64,000 nt of DNA from Sulfurimonas sp. (GCA_041654255.1 JBAZDX010000008.1:7210-71209); one strand, 5' to 3'. Counted from the stretch's first letter, positions 8,666 through 17,172 are shown. The notes: generated from the letters alone by a model not told the origin. Translations and numbers: made by a program.

Positions 8666-9598
8666 ATGGCTTTTTTTATGCTATTTAATGTTCCAAAAGA
8701 ATTTGAATACAATCAATTTAAAAAAGAGTTATCTAATTATGGGACAATTATTTCTTTCAAATTGAATGATGATAAGAACAATAAAGATTCTAAATTTGGG
8801 CAACTTGATTATAGTGTTATAGTTAACAAAAATGATTTATTAGATTTTTTAAAATCTCATAAAATAAAAGCCATTGAAAAAGAATCAAAGCAAAATAATG
8901 AGACTAATCAATCTCAACCAATCCAAAAACCATACGAATCCAAATCGCCACAACCAAACAACGCAACGACTGCAACCATCGCAAACCCATCTTTTCATTT
9001 TTACAAAGACAAAGCTTATGGAAAAGGAATTGAGAATTTTCAACTTGTACAAAATTATCAAAATATTTTTGAAATAGATGGAGCAGAGACTTTTACACTT
9101 ACTACAATTTATCCAGGACTTTTGGTAGGAAGTGGTTATAACCATCCAAAGTTAAAAGAGAGTAATGAAGATTTTCAGCTAGGTTTCTTTTTTGACCACA
9201 CTACAGGGCTTCCTATCATCAGCGGAAGCAGTATAAAAGGGCTTTTAAAAAGTGTATGTGAAAAAACAGACTTTATGCAAGATGTGTATGGCAAAATAGT
9301 TAGTTTAGATATCTTTGAAGACGGCGAAACGATCTTTTACGATGCCTATATTATCGAAACAAAAAACAAAGACAAAAAGATCTTTGGAAGCGACTATATT
9401 ACAAGTCACTACAGCAACGAAGAAAATGGTATGTTCAAAGAGCCAAATCCAGTCAAGTTTCTAAAAGTTTTACCAGAAGTTACTTTCAAGTTTCAGTTTA
9501 AGGCTTCAAAAGAGTATGTGGAACTTTTCAAAGCCATCATCTTAGATTTCGGTTTGGGTGCAAAAACTAATGTTGGTTATGGTAAATTTATAGAGTAA
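8666..9598 (+). CDS. cmr6: Type III-B Cmr6 with a ~105 aa N-terminal extension
   Basis: The RAMP motifs 'GLPIISGSSIKGLLKS' and the terminal G-rich loop 'GAKTNVGYGKF' are present. The first ~105 aa are extra and end in a Q/N/P-rich linker. Confidence 0.8.
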   Translation: MAFFMLFNVPKEFEYNQFKKELSNYGTIISFKLNDDKNNKDSKFGQLDYSVIVNKNDLLDFLKSHKIKAIEKESKQNNETNQSQPIQKPYESKSPQPNNATTATIANPSFHFYKDKAYGKGIENFQLVQNYQNIFEIDGAETFTLTTIYPGLLVGSGYNHPKLKESNEDFQLGFFFDHTTGLPIISGSSIKGLLKSVCEKTDFMQDVYGKIVSLDIFEDGETIFYDAYIIETKNKDKKIFGSDYITSHYSNEENGMFKEPNPVKFLKVLPEVTFKFQFKASKEYVELFKAIILDFGLGAKTNVGYGKFIE

Positions 9599-9612
9599 GC
9601 AAAGGCTAGAAA

Positions 9613-9834
9613 ATGGAATGGTACATATACATCATCTATGGCTTTGTAGCTCTAGTAATTATCAAAGCTATTTTTGGAAATAATGGTTATTCAGATGATT
9701 GTGATGATATGTTTGACCCAGACTGCTATGATTACTGGCTGTATGGACCGGGTTCTTGGGGAGAAGATGATAAGCCGTATGACGACACATGGAACAGTTC
9801 TGATGATTTATACAAAGATGACGATAAGTATTGA
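9613..9834 (+). CDS. Small membrane-anchored, highly acidic/aromatic protein (hypothetical)
   Basis: It has one N-terminal hydrophobic helix 'IYIIYGFVALVIIKAIF' followed by a D/Y/W-rich tail. It is packed tightly between cmr6 and RT-cas1 and overlaps the RT-cas1 start region. Confidence 0.45.
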   Translation: MEWYIYIIYGFVALVIIKAIFGNNGYSDDCDDMFDPDCYDYWLYGPGSWGEDDKPYDDTWNSSDDLYKDDDKY

Positions 9835-12068
9835 ACATGTACACAGTAGCACTCGAACACATTTTCACAAAAGAGAACTTTAAAAACGCTTTTAGCGAAA
9901 TCTCTTCAACGTCCAATGGGCTTGATGATATCTCTTATGCAGAGTTTAAAAGCGACTTTTCTAAAAATATAGACGGGCTTATAGACTTTATCCTCAAAGG
10001 CACATTTACACCTGAACCGCTAAAAAAGATAGAGATAGACAAAGACGGTAGCGATGAAAAACGCCCCATCGCGCTAAGCGCCATCAAAGACAAGCTTATA
10101 CAAAAAGTGCTTTACAAAGAGCTAAATCCATACTTCGACAAAGAGTTTTCAGACAAATCTTATGCTTACAGACCGGACAAATCAACCCTAAAAGCCATAA
10201 ACCGTGTCACACAGTTTTTAAACGAAAAAAATCTCATAGTCGTAAAAACAGATATTGACAACTTTTTTGAGTCCATTGACCACGATGTTTTGCTTGAGAC
10301 ACTCAGCAATCATATCTCGGACAAACGCATCATACGGCTTATTTCGCTTTTTATGCAAACGGGTGGATTTAAAAATTTTAACTACGCAGACCATGACCAA
10401 GGAGTACATCAAGGCGACATTCTCTCTCCGCTTCTCTCAAACATCTATCTCGATGTTATGGACAAATACCTAGAAACGCATGACGTGCCGTTTGTCCGTT
10501 ACGCAGATGACTTTGTGATGTTATTTAAAAAAGAGAGTGACGCAAAAGAGAGACTTGAGAAGCTAAAAACATATCTTTCATCTATAAACTTAAAGCTCGA
10601 AGAGACCAAAACTTACATATCACATATCGGGGATGGTTTTACATTTTTAGGAGTTCGCTTTGAGGGAAGAGGGCGAAATGTTGAGAACGAAAGACTTCAA
10701 AAAAGCATCTCAAAAATCCATACATTAGCCAAAGACAAATCGGGCTTTATAAAGTACATAAAAGAGCTAAACATCTACCTTTTTGCACTTCAAAACTACT
10801 ACTTAAAGATAGTTACGAAAAATTCTACGCAGCACCAGCTTCTACAAAACGCACTTATAGAGAGCATTGCACACAAAGTCCACCTCTCAAAGGAGTCAAA
10901 AGCCGTCACGACAAAAAAAGAGTTCAAGATACTCTTGGCGCAGATAGAATTCTCCATCCTTTTTGAAGATGAACAGCTAGATGACAAAAAAGAGCTTATC
11001 ATCGCCAAAGGTTATGAAAAGTATCTTGCAAACAAATCCTACAAAGACACATCCTCAAAGATAGATAAAAAGAAAAACCAATACGCAAAAAAGTTCGCAA
11101 ACGACTCGACACTTCACATAAACACCCACGGGCTTATGCTTGGCATCTCAAAAAACAAGTTTGTCATCAAAGAGTACGGCAAGGTAAAGAGCAGTTGTCC
11201 GTTTGACAAAGTAACACGCATAATCTTTGAGGGCAAAGGCTTTAGTATAAGCAGCGATGTTTTAAAAAAGTGTGCGGACAACGCCATTACTGTTGATTTT
11301 ATAGACAGCGATGCCATGCCTTACGCTTCGCTCATCACCTACCGCTCTAGCATATCTCAAAATGTTCACAAACAAGCGATGGTTTTAAACACCTCAAAAC
11401 AGCTGGAACTCGCATGTGGATTTATAAAAGGCAAAGCAAAAAACCAGATAAACTACCTAAAATATCTCAACAAATACCACAACCTCCTAGACAAGCAGAT
11501 AGACTCCATGGAGCTAAACTACATCAAGATAAAGAGTGCCTCCGATGTAGCGCAACTCATGGGCATAGAGGGGAGCATCTCTGCGTCGTACTGGAGTGCC
11601 GTGAAACTCATTTTAGAAGTTCCTTTTGAGGGTCGCATAACGCATGGAGCAAAAGACATAGTAAACTCTTCGCTCAACTATGCTTATGCCATTTTATACG
11701 GCAAAGTGCAACACTCGCTTGTTCATGCGGGGCTTAGTCTTAGCATCTCGTTTTTACATGCACTTGACGATAAAAAGCCGACACTCACTTTTGACATGAT
11801 AGAGGAGTTTAGAACTTTCATAGTTGACAGAACCGTCATAGCCATGTTAAACAAAGATGAACCCATAAAGCTTGGCAATGATGGACTACTGACAAAACCG
11901 AGCCGCCAGCTCATAGCCAAAAATATCAAAGAGAAGCTAGGTTCTTACACCATGTGGAAAAAAGAGTCCAGAAAGCTTGAAAACATCATACAAACACAAT
12001 GTTTCAACCTAGCCAAAACCGTAAACGGTGAGAGTGCAAAGTACAGAGCATTCATTGGAAAATACTAA
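9831..12068 (+). CDS. cas1: Reverse transcriptase-Cas1 fusion (no Cas6 domain)
   Basis: The RT motifs 'RPIALSAIKDKLIQKVL' and 'RYADDFVMLF' (YADD) are in the N-terminal half. The Cas1-like C-terminal half has 'GIEGSISASYW', 'NSSLNYAYAILYG' and 'FDMIEEFR'. The ATG at 9837 is an alternative start. Confidence 0.9.
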   Translation: MNMYTVALEHIFTKENFKNAFSEISSTSNGLDDISYAEFKSDFSKNIDGLIDFILKGTFTPEPLKKIEIDKDGSDEKRPIALSAIKDKLIQKVLYKELNPYFDKEFSDKSYAYRPDKSTLKAINRVTQFLNEKNLIVVKTDIDNFFESIDHDVLLETLSNHISDKRIIRLISLFMQTGGFKNFNYADHDQGVHQGDILSPLLSNIYLDVMDKYLETHDVPFVRYADDFVMLFKKESDAKERLEKLKTYLSSINLKLEETKTYISHIGDGFTFLGVRFEGRGRNVENERLQKSISKIHTLAKDKSGFIKYIKELNIYLFALQNYYLKIVTKNSTQHQLLQNALIESIAHKVHLSKESKAVTTKKEFKILLAQIEFSILFEDEQLDDKKELIIAKGYEKYLANKSYKDTSSKIDKKKNQYAKKFANDSTLHINTHGLMLGISKNKFVIKEYGKVKSSCPFDKVTRIIFEGKGFSISSDVLKKCADNAITVDFIDSDAMPYASLITYRSSISQNVHKQAMVLNTSKQLELACGFIKGKAKNQINYLKYLNKYHNLLDKQIDSMELNYIKIKSASDVAQLMGIEGSISASYWSAVKLILEVPFEGRITHGAKDIVNSSLNYAYAILYGKVQHSLVHAGLSLSISFLHALDDKKPTLTFDMIEEFRTFIVDRTVIAMLNKDEPIKLGNDGLLTKPSRQLIAKNIKEKLGSYTMWKKESRKLENIIQTQCFNLAKTVNGESAKYRAFIGKY

Positions 12069-12350
12069 ATGTTTTATCTCATAGCGTACGACATCACAAA
12101 CGACAAACGCCGAAAAAAGCTCTCAGACCTTTTGGAGAAGTACGGCACAAGAGTAAACTACTCCGTCTTTGAAGTAGAGATAAACGAGACCAAACTTGAA
12201 CATCTCGTTTATGAGATAGAACTCCAAAAACTCATCAACAAAAAGTATGACTCGCTACGTTTCTACCATGTCTGCCAAAACTGCACTCCGAAGTGTTTCG
12301 AACTCTCAAACTCCCCAGATCCATTCGCTCCAAAAGAGCTTTTTATATAA
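12069..12350 (+). CDS. cas2: Cas2
   Basis: 'MFYLIAYDITNDKRRKKL...YGTRVNYSVFEVEI' is the canonical Cas2 N-terminus. The gene starts immediately after the RT-cas1 stop codon. Confidence 0.9.
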   Translation: MFYLIAYDITNDKRRKKLSDLLEKYGTRVNYSVFEVEINETKLEHLVYEIELQKLINKKYDSLRFYHVCQNCTPKCFELSNSPDPFAPKELFI

Positions 12351-12756
12351 AAAACAATTCTCGAACTTTTTTTTCTCAAAAACAGCCTATTTTGGCTAAA
12401 ATCTTATTTTAATAGTTAGCAAAACCGGCATATCCGTTTTTATAGTTTTTAGATTTGCGAACTTTTAGTTCTGTTTAATTTTTAAACTCCCTATTATAGG
12501 TGCTTTGTAAACTTATAAAAGATTTAAAGTTAGAAAATCTCAACTTTTAGAAAAATATAGAGTAGGTTTGCGAACTTTTTTTAAGTGCGAAAACCCTAAA
12601 AATAGGCATTATTTGAAATTTTACTGTCAAAAGCATGGAGTTGCATTTTGAAATATGGCATAGTTTTGCGAACTTTTTATGCAAAACACGCTCACTGTGG
12701 GAAAATATAAGTTTTAAGTGGATACCATACTGTTCTACATAGCCGTAATCTTGGCT
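12351..12756 (+). promoter_or_regulatory. CRISPR leader with a reiterated TTTGCGAACTTTT box
   Basis: This is an AT-rich non-coding stretch between cas2 and the first repeat. The 13-nt box occurs at 12454, 12567 and 12665, with a degenerate copy TTCTCGAACTTTT at 12358. Confidence 0.7.
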
Positions 12757-13733
12757 ATTTCGCCCCGAATTTTCGGGGCAGTTATTTTGAGACTCCTTTT
12801 GACAAAAGAGCTTAGGCTCAATTGTAAATTTCGCCCCGAATTTTCGGGGCAGTTATTTTGAGACTTGTCTGACTTTTTGTCAGTATATTTGTTATAGGTA
12901 TTTCGCCCCGAATTTTCGGGGCAGTTATTTTGAGACCACCTTAGATCAACTGTTGAAAAACGGCTGAATAAATTTCGCCCCGAATTTTCGGGGCAGTTAT
13001 TTTGAGACTCTCCTATGTTTAATTTCACTTTCCTCATTCTATTTCGCCCCGAATTTTCGGGGCAGTTATTTTGAGACACGTGACTTTTAATCGAGCTTAG
13101 AGTTTGATTAAATTTCGCCCCGAATTTTCGGGGCAGTTATTTTGAGACGTAATAATCAATACCGTCTATCTCACCATCTCTTTTGGATTTCGCCCCGAAT
13201 TTTCGGGGCAGTTATTTTGAGACAAGAACGAAGCGCTCTCCATACGCTCCGTTTAACTTTATTTCGCCCCGAATTTTCGGGGCAGTTATTTTGAGACCAT
13301 CGTAGCCCTTGTTCATTAACGAAGGAATTAGTATTTCGCCCCGAATTTTCGGGGCAGTTATTTTGAGACTTTCGCTAAAACAGATCGAGCTGTTAAAGAC
13401 TTTTATTTCGCCCCGAATTTTCGGGGCAGTTATTTTGAGACATGTTTAAATACCATTGAGCTACTATAAAATATGCCATTTCATTTCGCCCCGAATTTTC
13501 GGGGCAGTTATTTTGAGACACGAACTGCAGAAGTTTCCTTCTTACTTCCAAAGATTTCGCCCCGAATTTTCGGGGCAGTTATTTTGAGACAAGACAAGGC
13601 TCCATCAAAAATCTTCTTAGCTTGATTTCGCCCCGAATTTTCGGGGCAGTTATTTTGAGACCTTTCCAATATTTCTCTCTCTGTAAACAACATACTATTT
13701 CGCCCCGAATTTTCGGGGCAGTTATTCTTTTAT
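12757..13733 (+). CRISPR. CRISPR array with 14 repeats (the last is degenerate) and 13 spacers
   Basis: The 37-nt repeat is ATTTCGCCCCGAATTTTCGGGGCAGTTATTTTGAGAC, with an internal hairpin GCCCCGAA/TTCGGGGC. Repeat starts are 12757, 12828, 12900, 12972, 13041, 13112, 13187, 13261, 13333, 13405, 13483, 13554, 13625 and 13697. Spacers are 32-41 nt. The last repeat diverges after ...CAGTTATT. The GAGAC 3' end and the cas2-proximal leader indicate + strand transcription. Confidence 0.97.
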
Positions 13734-13740
13734 AAATACA

Positions 13741-13854
13741 AAACAAGAGATAATCAGAACTAAACTAAAAATTTTTGGTTCGTTTTCAAAAGATGAGCAG
13801 AGTGAGAAGAGTGATATCGATTTGCTTGTTGTAAAAATAAAAAAAAAGAATTAG
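13741..13854 (+). pseudogene. Fragment of a nucleotidyltransferase (MNT-type, HEPN/MNT toxin-antitoxin family) gene
   Basis: It translates to '...IIRTKLKIFGSFSKDEQSEKSDIDLLVVKIKKKN*', matching the MNT core pattern 'FGS...SDIDLLV'. There is no start codon and the frame runs straight out of the terminal repeat. Confidence 0.5.
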
Positions 13855-13940
13855 AATTGGAGTTGAAAAAGAGATGATTTATGTCTAAAAGAGTTTATGA
13901 ACTTTAGAAAATCAAGTAGTAGTTGACCTTAAAAATCTAT

Positions 13941-14564
13941 TTATTCATCATTTACATCGGGCTTAAAGTAACTTTTTCCGCCATCGTCTGTTTGAAGTCT
14001 GCCCCCGCAGCCGTTACATATATATTTCGCCTCGTTGGCATTGCTTGAAAATGAGTATTGGTGCATTTTGTGATTGCAAAAGTCGCAGGTTGGTCGTTGT
14101 TCGCTTTTTTGAAACATCTCATAGTATGGTGTTTTGTTTACTTCGCAGTAGTGCTTCCACAATAACTCTCTTGCTTCTTTGTCAAATAAAATAGGGTAAA
14201 CAGTGTCGCCACCATAGTAGATAACCGCATCAGGGATTTTTATCTCAAGCCACTCGGCTACATTTTTATAGAGCGGAAAATTTCCTCTCTCATACCCAAT
14301 GTTGTAAAAAGCGTCGTTAAATGAAACCCTTACAAATGTCTCATCTTCTTTGGGTGTTATCTCCGTTATATTTTCATCGGATAGTATTCCTATGGCCTCT
14401 ACCGCCTCAAGAGCTCTGTACTCTGGGCTTGACTCATCCTCTTTTCTTAACATAAAAAAGTTCTCGTATCCAAAAGCGCATGAGAGCTGGTACGAGAGAT
14501 CAACTATCTGCTCATTCGTGAATTTATTTTTTGTTACGGCAAACATTTCAACAGATATTCCCAT
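13941..14564 (-). CDS. Hypothetical protein with a C-terminal Cys4 zinc-ribbon-like motif
   Basis: It is a 207 aa ORF with 'CDFCNHK...CNGCGG' near the C-terminus. I recognise no family. Confidence 0.5.
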   Translation of the reverse strand: MGISVEMFAVTKNKFTNEQIVDLSYQLSCAFGYENFFMLRKEDESSPEYRALEAVEAIGILSDENITEITPKEDETFVRVSFNDAFYNIGYERGNFPLYKNVAEWLEIKIPDAVIYYGGDTVYPILFDKEARELLWKHYCEVNKTPYYEMFQKSEQRPTCDFCNHKMHQYSFSSNANEAKYICNGCGGRLQTDDGGKSYFKPDVNDE

Positions 14565-14714
14565 CTTTAAGCCCTTTTATTTAAACATATTATTTTATTT
14601 TTTATTATAACTTCAATTGATTTAAAAAAATTTATAATCTAAATTTTTAAAACGAAATAGTATGTTCGTTTGGCTTTAGTACAATTTTTCATTCGATATA
14701 ACAAAGGGAAAAAA

Positions 14715-15035
14715 ATGGAACAAAGAGATTTAACTGTTGAGAGCCAAGAGGGATCATTTATGAGTTTTTACGGCGCTATGTTTGGTATTGTATTTTTAAC
14801 AACACTTATTTTAACGATATTAGCACTTCGGGTGCATGAGTATTTTGCGTTAATTAAAATAGCTGTAATAGTTGTTTTTATTTTTTTAGCTATCAAAAGA
14901 GCAATTAAAATACATAGCAATGTCATAAAAAAGATACTGGGCTCGTCATTGGCATTTTTTATTACGTTGTTTGTTAGCGGAATTTCCGAGAGTATTGCCA
15001 TAAAACTTGCTTCTGCAATGTTAAAGGTATGGTAA
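14715..15035 (+). CDS. Small integral membrane protein (hypothetical)
   Basis: It has three hydrophobic segments. The ATG at 14715 is preceded by AAGGGA and is preferred over the TTG at 14670. Confidence 0.45.
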   Translation: MEQRDLTVESQEGSFMSFYGAMFGIVFLTTLILTILALRVHEYFALIKIAVIVVFIFLAIKRAIKIHSNVIKKILGSSLAFFITLFVSGISESIAIKLASAMLKVW

Positions 15036-15038
15036 AAG

Positions 15039-15569
15039 ATGAAAAAATCAAAATACATAACGGCTGCTTTACTATCTTTAGCGCTATTTGGCGGTTGTTC
15101 TTCAAACAGTGTAAGCTGTGATGATGATGCAGTTTTAAAGTTGGTAAAAGAAAATACATATGAATATGCCAAAAATGCAACTTTGTTGAATATGGTGTAT
15201 CAGTTGCAGATGAGCAAAAATATAGAAGAGGGCAAAAGTGTTGATACGTCATCTATGATGTCAAATATGTATGTAGATCCCAACTCCGCAATTGGGCTGG
15301 GAATGTTAATGATGAAAGATAATGAAGACCTGCCGTTTAAAGCAATGTTTGTGATTGCTGAGATTTTATTAAAAGATGCAAAATATCTTATAGAAGACAT
15401 TAGAACGGTTAAAAAAGATGGCAGTTTAAATCAAGTAGAGTGCAAAGGCGTTGTTAAATATTTTAAAGAGGATAACTCTGAAGTTGGATATAACTTTGAT
15501 TTGGACTATACCGCTCAATCATCTGAGGGCAAAGTTTTTGTTGAAATTATAGATATCGCTGTACAATAA
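15039..15569 (+). CDS. Putative lipoprotein (hypothetical)
   Basis: It has a signal peptide with the lipobox 'LALFGGCSS'. Confidence 0.55.
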   Translation: MKKSKYITAALLSLALFGGCSSNSVSCDDDAVLKLVKENTYEYAKNATLLNMVYQLQMSKNIEEGKSVDTSSMMSNMYVDPNSAIGLGMLMMKDNEDLPFKAMFVIAEILLKDAKYLIEDIRTVKKDGSLNQVECKGVVKYFKEDNSEVGYNFDLDYTAQSSEGKVFVEIIDIAVQ

Positions 15570-15588
15570 AAAAATAAAAGAGGAAAAC

Positions 15589-15852
15589 ATGCAAGAGATA
15601 GATGAAAATAGCAGTGATGAAAAAAAGTCATTTTTAGGCATAAACACGCCGATTTTATTTGCCGTCATGGAAGTTGTAGAGACTTGTGTAATGCTGCTTT
15701 TTTTCGCCTATACTTTTATACATCTGCTTGGGTTTTACAACAATCTGACAAATCAAAATTTCTTTATAGATAGCAGTGCTGTAGTAAATCTGCTGCTTGA
15801 GGCTTTTGTCGGCTTAATAAAATATTTTGAAAATATATATTCGCTGAGCTAA
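15589..15852 (+). CDS. Small membrane protein (hypothetical)
   Basis: It is an 87 aa ORF with hydrophobic helices and an AGAGGAAAA RBS-like sequence upstream. Confidence 0.4.
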   Translation: MQEIDENSSDEKKSFLGINTPILFAVMEVVETCVMLLFFAYTFIHLLGFYNNLTNQNFFIDSSAVVNLLLEAFVGLIKYFENIYSLS

Positions 15853-15904
15853 GCTTGAGAACTGCCGTTGAAGTTAGCCATATTTTGTCTTTTTTTAAAA
15901 AAAA

Positions 15905-17107
15905 TTATAAAAACATCCCAAAAGGAAGCGCTACTAAACTTTCTTCAAACTCCACAACCATCTCACCATTGTAAAACACTATGCCCAAGCACTTTTGCTC
16001 ACATCTGTTTTGAAAATCGATGATATGTTTGAAATCATCTTTTTTGACACTGCTGCTCTGTTTTACCTCAATGGCAAGTATCTCATTATCAACTTCGATT
16101 ATAAAATCTATCTCTTTTTTGTCATTTGTTCTGTAGTGGTAGAGTGTAGCACTTTTTTGCATGTAAGAGATGTGCTTTTGGAGTTCGCAAAAGATATAAG
16201 TCTCGTAAACTTGCCCGCTATATGGTGAGCTAAGCAGCTTCTCTTTCGAGTCGATTCTAAGTAGAGAGCAAAGCACTCCCGTGTCATTGAAAAAAACTTT
16301 TGGAGACTTTGTAAACTGTTTGCCGATGTTTGCAAAATATGGTTTAAGAAGTGTCGCTTGATAAATACGGCATATAACAGAGAGATAGTTTTCCGTAGTG
16401 ACATCTTTTATGCCTATGTCACTGCTTAGGCTTGATTTGTTAAGCAGTGTGCCGCTTCTTGAAGCCAACACATTTACAAACTTTATAAAGCTGTCAATAT
16501 CTCGTATATCTGCCAAATCTCTTGCATCTCGTTCTATGTAGGTTGATATGTAAGACTTAAACCATAAATCTCTTTGTAATCCCTCAAGTGTTAAGATTTC
16601 AGGATATCCGCCGTCGATAATGTGTTTGATGGTCTCATCGCTATAATCTTTTTTGGCAAGCTTAAACTCTCTTTTTAAAAGTTTTTCTATCACATTTTCA
16701 TGCGGTTTGTCGTTTTTTTCTTTTGAACTGAGTGGGTGAAGTCTTAATTCGCAAAGTCTGCCTGCGAGTGTATCTTTTGCATCTTTATGGTCAAGCACAT
16801 TTGAACTGCCTGTAAGTAAAAAACTTCCATTGACTCGCTCTTTGTCTATCTGCATTTTCATATACTCAAGAAGCGTGGGAACTTTTTGTATCTCATCTAG
16901 GCAGATTGGGAGTTCAAGATTTTTAAGAAATGCCTTTGGATTCTCTTTTGCGTATAGTCTTAGTTCTCCATCATCAAAAGTGAGGTAATTTTGAAAATTT
17001 TCTAACGCAAGTGTCGATTTTCCTACTTGTCTTGCTCCATTTAAAAGCACTATGGGGAAAGTTTCAAGTGCAATTTTTAGAATTGTTTCAAGTGTTCTTT
17101 CTTTCAT
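15905..17107 (-). CDS. AAA-family ATPase with a DUF4143-type C-terminal domain
   Basis: It has the Walker A motif 'LNGARQVGKST'. Length and layout are typical of AAA_14/DUF4143 ATP-binding proteins. Confidence 0.75.
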   Translation of the reverse strand: MKERTLETILKIALETFPIVLLNGARQVGKSTLALENFQNYLTFDDGELRLYAKENPKAFLKNLELPICLDEIQKVPTLLEYMKMQIDKERVNGSFLLTGSSNVLDHKDAKDTLAGRLCELRLHPLSSKEKNDKPHENVIEKLLKREFKLAKKDYSDETIKHIIDGGYPEILTLEGLQRDLWFKSYISTYIERDARDLADIRDIDSFIKFVNVLASRSGTLLNKSSLSSDIGIKDVTTENYLSVICRIYQATLLKPYFANIGKQFTKSPKVFFNDTGVLCSLLRIDSKEKLLSSPYSGQVYETYIFCELQKHISYMQKSATLYHYRTNDKKEIDFIIEVDNEILAIEVKQSSSVKKDDFKHIIDFQNRCEQKCLGIVFYNGEMVVEFEESLVALPFGMFL

Positions 17108-17172
17108 ATTTACACCTTATGATGGTAGATTTTTCACCATTATACTGTATAATTTTATGAATTTTCTTAAAT

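Noticed and set aside
12735-13693. Minus-strand ORFs 12735-13079 (114 aa) and 13508-13693 (61 aa) with the repeating peptide 'SQNNCPENSGRN'
   Set aside because: They lie entirely inside the CRISPR array. The repeated peptide is simply the translated reverse complement of the 37-nt repeat, so these are not genes.
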